Assembly (NCBI GenBank): GCA_051294905.1
Contig: CM119373.1
Location: 4,280,001 to 4,344,000 of the forward strand
DNA length: 64,000 nt
From: Botryllus schlosseri
Lineage: Eukaryota
Direction: 5' to 3'
Each line of letters opens with the position of its first letter. The stretch's first letter is position 1. Of this stretch, positions 13,256-26,346 are shown piece by piece. The notes beneath the pieces were generated by a model. It did no database searches. It saw only the letters and a program-made list of their open reading frames with translations, and was not told where the DNA came from. The translations under genes and the position numbers were made by a program.

Positions 13256-14125
13256 TAGAGGAGTCAAACTCGAATTGTGTCGCGGGCCGGATTCAAGCCT
13301 TCAAATCGCTTGCGGGCCGGATCAGTCAACTGATTCCAAAATGTTACCTCGTGCTCTTTGCTGTTCACTTGGCTAACTTAAAAGCATGTGTAGATATAAA
13401 ACGAATTAGAGGGTTTTAAAGCAGCAAGTCGCAACACCTTTATTCGCGAACGATGTAATGGGCAAAATACGATGATTGTCTGGTTGAATAGTTATGAAAC
13501 GTTAAACCAGTAGCGTTAGCGACGATATAATTTGGCATACTCTATGCTACCTTTGATATAGTCGTAATCTGGCGTTAGCCCTGCATATGTGATGTGTGCA
13601 ATACCAGATTTTAATTGGAAATGGGGGCGTGGAAAATTGGTTTATTATCATTAAACCACGAGAGTTCGGTTTCTCTCGAGTCTTAGGATCTATTGGGTTG
13701 AAAGTGACTCAGCAATGCGACCATAGATATTTCAATTATTTATTGGTGACACTGATATACTTTACATGTAAACAGCATATAACGGTTACGCATTGGGGTT
13801 TTCGCTTCTGTGAATAGCTACTTTCTGGTCCATATTTGTATAAAACTATGAAGATGGTGTGCACTTTTTGCCTTCTTGAAATTGGATGTCTATTTCACCG
13901 ACTTGTTGATAGGGGTAAGACTGGTAAGTAGAGTGACCGCCGTAGTCAGATGGTTACAATGGGGCTTATGAACATAGAAGTATTTCCTGCGAAGTATCTC
14001 ATATTAATTACAAATGTGCTGGAAAACATAATAATTTTTTAAACTACTCAGAATTGCTTCGCGGGCCGGATGAAACCGTCTGGCGGGTCGGATGCGGCCC
14101 GCGGGTCGTATGTTAGGCACCCCTC
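13256..14125. mobile_element. Charlie-like hAT MITE
   Basis: GCGGGCCGGAT motifs at both ends; TSD TGCTACAG (13248-13255, 14126-14133). Confidence 0.75.
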
Positions 14126-15035
14126 TGCTACAGGAATTATTGATTGGGAGACGAACTGAATTTTAAAGTTTTCGCTGTTTATTGAAAGAAGAAATTGGCC
14201 CTTATCGCATGTTGGTATTATGCACCACAGTCAATAATGGTCTTTGACATCAATAAAGATCTGGATCAGTTTGCTTCTGCATCATATGAATGTATTTGCA
14301 CAGATTCGTCGCGAAGCATTTATTGTATGTAATTATATTTACATCAGGGATCGGAGTCATAAACGCCATCGAATGTGGCAGGTCTGATGAGAGTGCTAAT
14401 GGTTGACACCAAACTATAATGTGAAGTAGTATGGAAGATTTCCACTTCATAATATCCATTTTTGTACATTCGATGTCAAACGGAAATATCGATATCAGCC
14501 ACTTCCGCTGAAGTATGCCGATCAGTATATACTGATGAGTCACCGTAATCGTGGATCGTTCGTTCGTAAAACTGGTACCCGCCCCTGCTATTAGCTACCA
14601 GTCAATCAGCCCTCAGGATTACCAGACCACGACCTAGCATCTTGATCCCACCTTCCGCCACATGCCATCTCATTTTCTCGCTTTCTTTTTATATTCTCTG
14701 TTTCACTTTTCATTCAGTGTGCTTGCCTCTTCTTTACATCGATTAGGTCTGATTTCAAAGTCTATTCCAAGTCTTTTCGACACCTTCCTATCTTTTCATT
14801 GTGTCGCAGTTTGTGGTGTTTTGACATGATGAAAATAATAATAAGCTGATACTGATACTGATACCTTACTGTAATTTCCCGCAATGAGTGTCTCATGAAA
14901 TTATTATTTCTAGTTCTTGTTATCATCCGTATTCTAATTCTGTGTATAACTTTATAATGTGTTAACATAGGTAACAGAACGATCGCAATGACGCCATAAT
15001 TTTCCAAAGCAGGAGAAATCTATGATGCTTCGCAG

Positions 15036-17297
15036 CAGGGCTTTGGAGCAGCAGTAAATTTACATTGCTCCAGCTCCGGCTCCAGAGCTTTCTTCTATCA
15101 TACACTAGCTCCGGCTCCAGCTCCGGAGCCGCATTATTTCCACTGCTCCGTTCCAGCTCCGGCTCCGGCTCTAAAAACTATCGAAGGTGTCTGTCTATAT
15201 CAGAGGTGGGACACCCGCGGCCTGCGGGCCATATGTGGCCCGCGAGAAGGTTTTGAATAGCCCGCGAGCTAATTTCCCATTATATTATCGAAATCCCGTT
15301 ATATTATAGAAATTGGATTGCTCTGATTGTGAACTTGCAAGGCCAACCAAAAATATTAGTCTGGCCGCGACACTTGGGATGTTGATGACTAACATATCAG
15401 TTCCGACGCATTGGCAGATCCAGGGTCCAGTCACATTTTTAGTAAATCGTCGTACATTACAATATACTAAAAAAGTAGTAAAATTTTTCTTCACGCTTTG
15501 CGTGTTTAATTGTCACACAATTTCTTGCTTTGTAGCCTACCCCCTCCTGAAAATGAAAAAACGCCTGATTTAGCCGATTGATCGACCATATTCGCAATCC
15601 GTCGGTAACATCGGATGCAGTAACGAAGACATAGGTGCCGCCGTGTCGGGTTTTGACGTCATAATGGATACTTGTCAATTGTCGATAATATCATAGTTGC
15701 ACTAGAACGCACTTTACTCCATGCCATTGCTGTGTACAGTATGAAAATTAGGATGTGGCGTTTCAACACTGGCACTGTACTCGTTAACATTAAGCCATCC
15801 AGCTCAATTCAATCTTTAAATAAGCGATTATTATTCAATTGTAACTATAGTAAGAGCAATATGGGCGGACATCACGACCTGATCAATAGAAATTCGATTT
15901 GTACCAAATGGCCAATGGTTCGACGTTCGATATTGGTGCACTCGTTACCAGTCCATCCGGTATTGATCAAGTTTATCGGAATATAATATTTTCCCGTTGA
16001 AACGAATCGATTATTCGAATTAAACACTGTGCCATGCACATTGCGCCATACCCATAACGAATTAAACTATGCAGTATGCACATTGCACATTTACAAGTCA
16101 CAGTGCGCCATGATACGAGAATACTGGCGTATCAAGCAGACATCAAGAATGAATTTACGAAGCAGATGATTACAAATTGGAAATCGCGTATCAAATCACC
16201 AATTTTTCTCCAACATAAAATACCATGGAGTCCTGACACTGCATTGAGTAGCTCGCACCGCGACAATTGTTCGCTGAGAGTAACGGCTTTTTGGGCTACT
16301 CTTCATCCATCCCCTATTCACGCTCGAAAATCCTTACTGGAGTGAATGACGATCATGCGCGGTAATGATTTCCAAACCCCATGCATCATTGCATACTTAA
16401 TAACACTGACCAATTTCACGTCCCGATTAAAGAACTATCACGAAAGAACGAGTATTTGCTCATCCAATTCATAGCAACGATGAAATGGAATTTCTAGGCT
16501 CGTGCTCGTCATATCGACATGTGCAACGAAATTACGTTTTATCCTCTCTCCCATTTTGCGTAATACATAGTGATCATTATTTTCGAATCATACAAGGTTG
16601 TATTGTATTGTATTGACAGGCACAACACAGTGGGGCTTATCGCCTTTCTAGGCCTTGTGCCCCACGACATGAATTTCATAAAGTTCATTGGTCTTTGCTT
16701 CTATTGTCTTGTTGGGAACGTCTTTATCATTCTCTCTCGCAGCCATCTTCATTGTCTCTCACTCCCATGCGTCCCCATCGTGGTCTCTGCTGCCGACTTA
16801 TAGCACGGCTCACTTTCAGTCTGGGCTTTTCAATGCACTACCATTGTAGTGAGGTCGGCGATGAGGAGCCCAGAGAAACCAGAGAAACAAGGTTGTGCTG
16901 ATGATGAAATTGCGGGTATGCCTAATACCCACAATATTCACATGCATATCTAGCATACCGAGGTTCGGCACTCATGTATGAAAATTGAACATATGACTGC
17001 TCTGCTGTTAAATCCCCAGGAACATGGTAGACGGTTAAGGTAGCGCCAAAGAGGAAAAGATTCTTAATTTCGCGAAGACCTGCTGTTGAATTATGTGAAC
17101 TCAGCAGATATGGTTAGTTGCATATGTAATAGCATCTCATGAAATACGTCGGAGCCGGAGCTACCCCTCAAATACCTAGCTCCAGCTCCGGCTCCGGCTG
17201 AATTTTATGTAGAGCTCCGGCTCCGGTTCCAGCTCCGGTCAAAATGCACGGCTCCGGGGCTCCGGCTCCGGGCTCCGGCTCCGGCTCCAAAGCCCTG
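15036..17297. mobile_element. hAT MITE with (CTCCGG)n subterminal arrays and nested inserts
   Basis: TIR CAGGGCTTTGGAGC...GCTCCAAAGCCCTG; perfect TSD CTTCGCAG. Confidence 0.88.
16597..16830 (-). mobile_element. 3' part of a SINE-like retroposon with a (CAATA)n tail
   Basis: Shares CTGCCGACTTATAGCACG with the tRNA-SINE core; ends in CAATACAATACAATACAA on minus. Confidence 0.5.
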
Positions 17298-17781
17298 CTT
17301 CGCAGGTTGTAACGTGATTCGCCGTGATCACAATATCCAAGATTCAAAGAGAATTGAGCCTTTCAGTGTATGAAAAATAATTCCTCATCTCTACGCATCG
17401 CAATCGATGGATGAGATATAATATATGCTCATGGTCATCCATTTCCGTTTGTCAGCGGAGAGGGTGTTGCTAAAATATAGGACAACCATTAGAATCGTCT
17501 TAGGCTTTGTTTAATATAATAATTGATATTCTTTGTTTCCCAAATTTATATGCGAGCATCCATACCGGAAAGTGACACATCGCCATTACTTTGAGAATAA
17601 GGACTATTTTCCGGCTAGGGTTGGATTTAACTTAGTTGCGGTGCTATGAAGTCGGAACATTGAGTGTCGCGTGTCAAATCTTGTTTTTGATTGCCTCGCG
17701 AGCTCAAATGTATAGGCCAGCATGATATTAGTGAGCTATAATTATATCGAATGCATACATCATTCAGCATTCAAAGATAAT

Positions 17782-17872
17782 ATGTCGTTCGCAAACTATA
17801 TGGCGTTGGTTTTTCTGTTCCATCTCTACATAATGCTGACTTCATTTACTCATGATGCAATCTGCTTCGAAG
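17782..17872 (+). CDS. Candidate first exon encoding a signal peptide (MSFANYMALVFLFHLYIMLTSFTHDAICFE)
   Basis: ATG, hydrophobic stretch, G|GTCAGT phase-1 donor compatible with the exon at 18093; homologous end motif at 59868-59949. Confidence 0.5.
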
Positions 17873-18092
17873 GTCAGTATGGGATATTTACGTTCAAATT
17901 CAGATATTTCCGTATTTTCTCCGCTCTGTATTTATCGTCTATTCTGCAGGCATAACATTTTACTGTCGACTTTCAACGCAAATATTATTATCTCTATTTA
18001 TTCGTCCTCTAATAAGTATTGGCTGCAGTAATGATCACATTTACATTGCACCTATGAATGATAATAAACTTAGTATTTCTTTCACTCTCCAG

Positions 18093-18151
18093 TTAACTTC
18101 TGTGGCAAGCGATACGCCAATGGACGTTGGATATCTGTTGGAAATTGTGAG
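18093..18151 (+). CDS. Cys/Trp-rich exon segment (VNFCGKRYANGRWISVGNCE), possibly the start of a C-type-lectin-like domain; 3' boundary uncertain
   Basis: Polypyrimidine tract plus CCAG acceptor; homologous to 58296-58354 with the same phase and the same 59-nt distance to a GT. Confidence 0.55.
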
Positions 18152-19477
18152 GTTCGGGTAACATTTATTCGGGTTGCGATGTGCATTTAACGAAAACGAA
18201 GTCTACTAAAACCTGGACAAACCGATGGTTCCTTTGGTTTGCGATGTTTTCCTGGCACACATTGATGCATGATAGAGATTGCAATTTACGTCTACTCTCT
18301 GCTATCTCTTCACACCTTAGATTTCTATAAGATGGTGAATATAATACGACTTTGCGGACTCGTTGGGTAGCTTCTGTCTGGATTTCTATTGATGCATTGA
18401 TCAATTACACAAGGGAATAATTTTAAAAGAAGATTTTGCTGACTTTGTTTTTGCACTTGATTTAGGCTAATTCTGGTGAGCTGATTCGAAAAATCCTGCT
18501 AATGGTCTACTTTTATTCAAGGTTGCTACTCGAACTGGAAAGTGAACACAAACACATGGCCTCACACGATGTCACAATATGTCACAAATCAATTGCAAAT
18601 CAGTTAATAATTTAATTATCTAATTATTTACAGCCGTAATATGGCGTTAGAATTGTTGCTCCAAAATACTATTTTTCTCAAAACCTTCTTCGTTTCTCTT
18701 GTACGTATTTTTACCAATGTTATTCACTTTGAACATATTTTTATAATCTGAGGTTACCTTCTGAATACTAAATTTAGGAAGTCTTTTTCACAGCACCGGA
18801 CAAAACATCAAGAGATTACGAGCAATTTGAAGCATATGGCTAAAGGGGAACTGAAAGTGCCGAGTAAGAGCTGCTAATAATTATAGCTACGCGTAAAAAG
18901 AATATATTTCGCGGTAGATGTGCCCAGTACCTGATATCAATGTATTACGTATCATATTGGAAAGTGCATGCGAGACATCCTCGTTCTGCAATGCTAATAT
19001 TACATCCAAATATAAGTCGATGCTATATAGTTTCAAAGTTGCAATTTGCAGTATTTTATAATTAACTCTAGAAAGATGGTATGTTTATTCCGTTCTACAT
19101 TGCGATGTTGCAAACACTGAGAACTTGCGTCATTTACGAATAACTTAGGAAATAATTCATTTTCAAGATTTCTAATCATAATGCAGCACAGAAGGCCCGC
19201 GACAGGTGATTAGTGCTGATGTAAGCTCACAATTATTGCATTTAGGACAGAGTTACTGCTTTTAGGATAGGGCTACCATATTTTGTGGTTAAATTCCGGA
19301 AACTATTCAGCGCCTACTCTCGGGTTTTACAATAAGATAAAGGAGATTGTCGGTCAATATCCCAGCAAACACAAAACTTATTAAAGATATTTTTTAAACA
19401 TCTTCTATGAGTTCAAAAGATGTCCTTCAATTATGTGCAAAATATATACATTTGTCGACAGAAACGGATATATATAA

Positions 19478-19560
19478 GATGTCCTGTAGGACATCCTCAA
19501 AGATATCCTGATAAACATCCTCAAAGATATCCTGATAAACATCCTCAACGATATCCTATA
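19478..19560 (+). repeat. 24-bp tandem subterminal repeat, about 3 copies
   Basis: Unit AAAGATATCCTGATAAACATCCTC. Confidence 0.9.
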
Positions 19561-20202
19561 ATATATTTTTTGTACAGCTCGACCCTGTGTGACCCTGAAC
19601 CCTGGTTGGCTAAACCTGCTTTATGCTGCACTTCACATATGAACGAATACGAATCGTCAGTTTTACAAATCATGTATGGCTTTTTGTTCTATATTATACC
19701 AGTTCAAAATACAAAAAATGCACTGGACTAGACATTGACGGAAAATTGCAATAAAAATGGATGAAGAATGAAGGTAAAATAACAGTCCAGACAACACACA
19801 GCATACGTTAACAAGAAGTAGACAGCAAGAGGTAGGCCTTGATTCAGAATGAAAACTAATCGCCAATTTTTAAAATCATTTATATGGCTTTCTGTTCTGT
19901 ATGAAATCAGTACAAAACACGCCAAAAAAACTCGGATGAAGAAAATACACAAGCAAGAATTGGGCCTTGATACAGAACTTTGTAATGACTTCAGCAAATA
20001 TTTCTGCATTAGCAATAGTCCATGTTATCGGTATCGGAATTTTCAGCCTCCTCGATAACAGTCTTGCTCCTGTTTTCTCCTTTATTGACATCCTATAACA
20101 TAAATGAATTGATTACTTTGATTGATTATAGCAGTAGTGCAAAAGTAATTTATGTGTTTGGGTGCGAGTACCGTGGGACGGTCATGTGAAGTCACATTCA
20201 TC

Positions 20203-21035
20203 CAGTGTTGGGATGACTCAAGTCCACTTTGTAAAAATGACTTGACTTGACTCGGCGCTTCAGAAATAAGGATTGACTCATGACTCGGAGCAAAATTCAC
20301 AAGTCAATTTCAAGTCATCAAGAAAACAATGTCAATTAAATCATCCTATCTTATCTATGTTCGGGTTGTCCGCGTTACGTCGGTGTCACTTGTGAGAGCA
20401 ATCAGTCATTCACTGATTGTACGAATCACTGACGCTCCATTATTACATCACAAATAAATCGACCAATAACTAAACGTTCACTGCTTACGTTGTAGTAGTA
20501 GTTGTAGATTAATCTAATAGCAACATATCTTTGTTTCTTAGACGGTTCAGTGCCTACATTGCACAGCGCTCACCTTTACCAACACTCTTATATGATTTAA
20601 ATCGAACGAATTTAGTTTATGCCTTAATATTCTCACGGATGTGTAGATGGATAGTGCCTGTTGTAGCAAATAAATTTGTTCAACTTCTCGAGGCTTCATA
20701 TTCGATCCTCTATATTGGCAATAAAACCAGACTGTTGCATGTGGACAGTTACTCGCGTATTTTATTAGCAGTTCTACGTGTGTGCGCGCGATGCAACACC
20801 TTTTTGCATGTATATTTAACTTTATATTCGCTATTTGATTCAAGATAAATGGCCAATTAATCTGTCCATCACCAGTTAGCAAAATGTAATGACTTTGCAT
20901 CACCACTCATATTTCGAAAATTCAATTTGACTTGACTTGACTCGAGTCACCTCCAAAAACGAGCGACTTGACTCGACTCGAGTCAAAATGTGCAATGGCT
21001 CGTGACTCGAAGGTAGTGAATTGATCCCAACATGG
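20203..21035. mobile_element. hAT MITE (GACTTGACTC repeats)
   Basis: CAGTGTTGGG...CCCAACATGG; TSD CATTCATC; relatives at 58721-59589 and a truncated end at ~2146-2255. Confidence 0.8.
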
Positions 21036-22206
21036 CATTCATCCAAGGATACCGAACCGTCTTTTGTAAATCACGACGACCTTGGTGGTGTGTGACAGCC
21101 AAGTCAAACTTTACCATCTACTTCGACTTGATTATCGATTAAACTCTGCGCGCCAAATTTGGCTCAATTCCAACATATAGAAGCTAAGCCAGGCGCTGAG
21201 CCCTCCACGCGGTACAAATGCGACCAGTTGAGGATAAACTTGCTTCCCGTGTAGAAATGTGAATTGAAAGGAGTTTGAAATTGAGTGATCGATTATTCGC
21301 ACAAAAGTTTTGCAGACATTGGTTCCACCGCTAAATCTTAGAAAGTGTTACGAGAGGATCAAAAATTTATGCAAGCTGGGCCGACAATCTTGACAAAATT
21401 AAATAATTACTAGAATTTTTTTTTGAATTACATTACGTCACAGTTTGGGAACCACAGGTATAGTGTTCTGAATATGAATGGTAGCGGCCCTGGAAGTAGC
21501 AACGATTCACTTACTGTCAAATAATATGATAAAGAACGCAGCTGTCACACAGACGTCAGATTCATAAACAAAATTACCTTGCAAGCTCCAATAACAGTTA
21601 GAAATCGTCCCACTTTACTTGTAATTGTTCGACTCTCGGCCGTAGGATGAGTCACTTTGCATGCTCCTTCAAAGAGAATATAAGTAGATCAGGGGCGGCA
21701 TTACAAGACAATGCGGCAAATCGGAATCTCCGCCAGCGGTAACAATCTCTCTCGAATGTGATCACCACATAATGTCAAAATTGGTATTTCAAAACATTTC
21801 AGACTCAGCACGGAGTTGCGCAATCAACGCACTTGTTTGTGATTTCGCCATGTCGGCAATCTCAGTAGAAGATGACTTCAAACGAGGGCTTACAAGTCCG
21901 TGTGGTCAGCAACAATTTGAAATTTAGCTACAATGATATTTCACAAGAAGGGAAATCAAAATATCCTAACTCTGTAAAAATGCTCTCGAAGACATTGTTA
22001 TTGAGGGTTTTGTAATCGCGATTGTAATATTAGTTACAACTTACGTTTAGTAGTCTTGTCAAGAGTAAAATTTTGAAAACTTTTTTTTTGTCCATTTTTG
22101 CTTCTTTGACCTTTCAGACTGAACCTTTGCAGCTATGCTTGTCATATTTCTGACCGTTGAGGCTAATTGTTCACCACGAAGTCCATTCAAAGCAGATACC
22201 TGTAAT

Positions 22207-24290
22207 CAGGGTTGTAACTAAGTCACATGATTCCGAGTCACGAGTCAATCTTACTTTTGTGGTTTTGACTCGAGTCAAGTCGAGTCATTTTCAATTCCTC
22301 CCCGAGTCGAGTCCGAGTCCAAGTCACCGTTTAAAGGGTCAAGTCCGAGTCATAGTGTTATGACTCGAGTCCGAGTCCAAGTCACAGTATTGATTCTATT
22401 GAAGCCATGTTCAACTTATGTTTTCAATCATGCTTGGGTGATATCGAATTCCTTGCTTGCCAAACATGCTTATTTTGCCCCTATCAGAGTCTTGGTTTAG
22501 TTAGGCAGATAACCGACAGTTCCTGGCCTCATTTACCGATGCTACAGATAGACGAGACTGGCCGCCAATATGATAACTTTACTAATCTTGGAACTTTCAA
22601 TCAAATATCTGTCTTGTCAGTCTGATAGCCTACATCACAAATACAAGCATTCAGTTTTTATTACGAGCACATCGACGACAGCTCACAAATAGCTTATAGA
22701 GAGCCAACGAATTCCCGTCTACAATAGAGAACCAATGAATTCACGTCTAGACACCAGCTGATAGAGTATCAACAGATGCATGTTTATGTAGTGTAGAGAT
22801 GCAGTTTTTCTTTCACATTATCAGGTGGTTGACTAAAGTAAAAGGTCAACTTTCCTGCTCAACTCGCGAAATAGCCGCCGGAGCGTTACTTCAGTGCTGA
22901 TTTACTGTATCTTAGTCGAATTTGCCCTACATTTACCAAAAATTCTCAAAAACAGGACAAAATCTCAAAAAGGAGGCTACTTCTTAAAATTGTTAGATTG
23001 CCTAAAAGAACTAAATTTGGCTCAATTCCAACCAGTAGAAAGCAATGCTATGAGCGCAAATTTTGGATTAATTACAAATAGAGACTTTCGAGACTATACC
23101 TCATGATATTGTTAGATTGTGCAAAAATATGATTCATAGCTAATTTGGCTCAATTCCAACTAGAAGAAGCGAAGTTATTAGAGTGGAATATTTTGGATAT
23201 GAAAGGATAGTCGGCTTACTACTAGTATGTAATTATATAATAGAATATATAAAAATATAGAATATATTAAGAATTTCTCACTAAAAATACTCCACTCACT
23301 TCAAATCTAAAATTTTCTCCTCTCATATCATTGATTCTACTTTAGAAAATTAGGCCAGATTCAGTGTTCTTTTTATGCAACACACCAATTTTATCAAGTT
23401 GCTAACCACTATAATAAAAAAGAAGTTATTTTTGAACAGTCCTATTGTACAAACATCATATAACATTAGCCATTCATTATTACACACGTGCACAATGCAC
23501 ATAACTAACAAAAAAGCAAATGGACGGAGGGTATTGTGTTATTTCACAGACAGCAGATCAAATCAATAAGTTACACTTCAAAAATACTAAAGTGGAAAAG
23601 AGATCTTCGGATACGTTAAAACGGCACGGCGTTAGAATAAATCCACATCTGCTGAATACACGTTCCACTGGTGCACTAGATGCAGGAATTGACAAGCATT
23701 TTTAAACCACACTGAAGAGCATTGGATACTCATTCTTTCTAGTCGCCAAAAATTGCAAAGAATAATCGCCTGCAAATCTACACATGAGGTTGTCAGTCTC
23801 TTCCAAGTACTTGACCATCTGAGTCATTTCATTGGCTCTAATTGAACTTTACTTCGATTGTTTGCTTGTATAATTGAAAAGTCTTGAGTACTTTGATTGC
23901 AGAGGATCTGTTATCACTTCATCACTGGATGATTTTGTACAATGCATTGCTACTATGTACCTATTGTATGTCGTTTTTCCGGCGGCACGTCCGATATCAG
24001 ACGAGTGCAAATAGTGCAAATGGTGACAAATAGCGATGTAGGCAGAATTCGTCAGATGCGTTGATCTAACCATTACGATTCGAAAATTTCTTCATCTTCA
24101 AGTCATATAAAATAAGCCGAGTCAATGACTTGAGTCGAGTCATGCGTAATGACTCGAGTACAAGTCGAGTCAATCCAAATATTGACTCGAGTCGAGTCGA
24201 GTCATTTTCCCATTTCAAGAAAATGACTCGAGTCAAGACGAGTCACCAAAAAATCGTGACTCGAGTCTGACTCGAGTCATTACAAATCTG
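22207..24290 (-). mobile_element. Internally deleted hAT element (GACTCGAGTC-rich family), copy 2
   Basis: CAGGGTTGTAA...TTACAAATCTG; TSD CCTGTAAT (22199-22206, 24291-24298). Confidence 0.92.
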
Positions 24291-26346
24291 CCTGTAATAC
24301 AAAATACAATACATAGTGGTGTGTGCCAGAATGAAAAATCACTAGACCAGTTCAGTTTATTATTAAATTTCAGGTACTCAATTTCGCCCAGCACAAACAA
24401 TGTTACCATAGTGTCCTATATGGTGTGGACACTGCATTTGGGGTAGGCTACGTCATACTTTCCATTGGAACAAAGGCAACTTTACGGCCATTTTGACCGG
24501 CTTTTCGAGTGCAAAATCCGATAAAACGTGTGTCAATGGAAAGCTGCTGATATAATAATCACGTAAATATAAATTTTATTCTGTTCATGCCGGCCCTGGC
24601 ATCCCTAAAATCAGCCAGCCTAAAAATCAGTAAATGGTTTTAAAATAATAGCGCGGGGTTTCGATATTTTTCGAATTCACTAATATAGCATCAATTCATT
24701 ATGGTTAAGTACATCCGTAAATGACGATTATACAATCTTCTCGTGCTGACGATTATATGCGCATGATCAGTTTGACGAGTCCGGAAGTGGTGTTAATTAG
24801 CGACTCTCTGATCTGTCGTGAATAAATAAATACCATCGCATATCAACGCGTCGAACAACTAAATACCGTAGGCGCGCTGATCAACGTCCTTTTGAAATGA
24901 CCGTACTGATGCTAATATTCAGTCGCAAATCAATAAGTCGTATTTTCAGTGTTGCGCGAAGCTAATTAGGAAGAGGCGTGTTGCCAAATAGCGAGATTCA
25001 TCAGTGCACAAGGCAACGCGACGCCCCACCACCCCGCAACTCGTCGCCTATGACTGTACAGTACATATATCATTCAATAGAACACCGGCATCTCAATTCG
25101 CCCAAAACGACGACACATGTTTACTAGATGTTCGGCAACTAGAATTTTTTCAAATGTGCGACTAGAATTGGAACTACTCAATTTTGAAAATCCGCAACTA
25201 GAACTACAACTACCCAAGAAACCGTTAGTTGGTTGACTTTCAACCAACTAAATGGTTAGTTTGTACAAGTCTCTAAATACGGAAATGACTCGACTCGTGT
25301 CAATCTGTGTATTGACGCAACTTGGACTCGAGTCATTGCGCATGACTCGAACGAACCAAGTCATATGACTCGGGACAAAGACGGCCAGGACCGATATTTC
25401 ATCGTAATTTCGAAGAATATTAAAGTAACCTCCCTGTTGGGATTTCGTCTATTTGTAGTAGTACTTGAAAATGCGATCAGAAACTGCTAAAAGTGAGGAA
25501 AACTACTATATTATAAATGCGAACCATTCAATATCGCCAAACAGAGTTATAAAAAGTGAGTTTAACAAGATTTTAGCTGGAAACTGAGCAGTCAACACAT
25601 TGACTTGGACTCGAGTCATAATACCATGACTCGGACTCGTCTCTCTGATCGATGACTTGGACTTGACTCGGTGGCGAGTTGAAAATGACTCGACTTGAAT
25701 CTGCGTAATGTGACAATGGCAACAAAGAAGGTTTAAACTAAATGAAAAGAGTGACTTATTGTGATTTTAATTGTTACGACATACTTTGCTACATTGGCTT
25801 TATGTTGAACATGGATTGCGCATGCGAGCTTGCGAGGGACGTAGGCTGCGTAACCGCGGTATATTTCCGTTCCGGCCCAGTTTATAAGCTTACGGTTTAA
25901 TTTTCAAAAGTAGGTTTTGTGTTTTGAATTTCGAGAAATGGACACGTGGGCCGCTCAGAATGGTTTGCGGGCCGCACTTTGGCCAGGTCTGAGTTAGATA
26001 GTCCGGCAAAGTTTGCTCTAATCAACAAAATCATACCAGTTCAGACTTCTTGCAATCGCAGTTAATCAAGTTCTTTTCCAGTTGTTCCAGATGAGATAAG
26101 GTTTGACAGGGGTCTTCAATAAGATCTTCCAGCAAGATTGGGGTTGTGGTACTGTGTTTTTTTGAATCGGTGATGATGTGACCTTTACTGAGATCCATCA
26201 TCTGGTTCATCTCTAACTTCAATTCTTTGATGTCTTTACGCATCAAAGAAATTGAGTGGTCACTGTATGCAGATGTTGGAGTTGATGGTGTGCACGGAGC
26301 AGCTAAAAATTATTTGAATTTAAGAAAGCTGGATTAATCATATGGC

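Noticed and set aside
21850..22030. RING-like PCG fragment on plus strand
   Set aside because: Multiple stops and too few Cys/His ligands to support a call.
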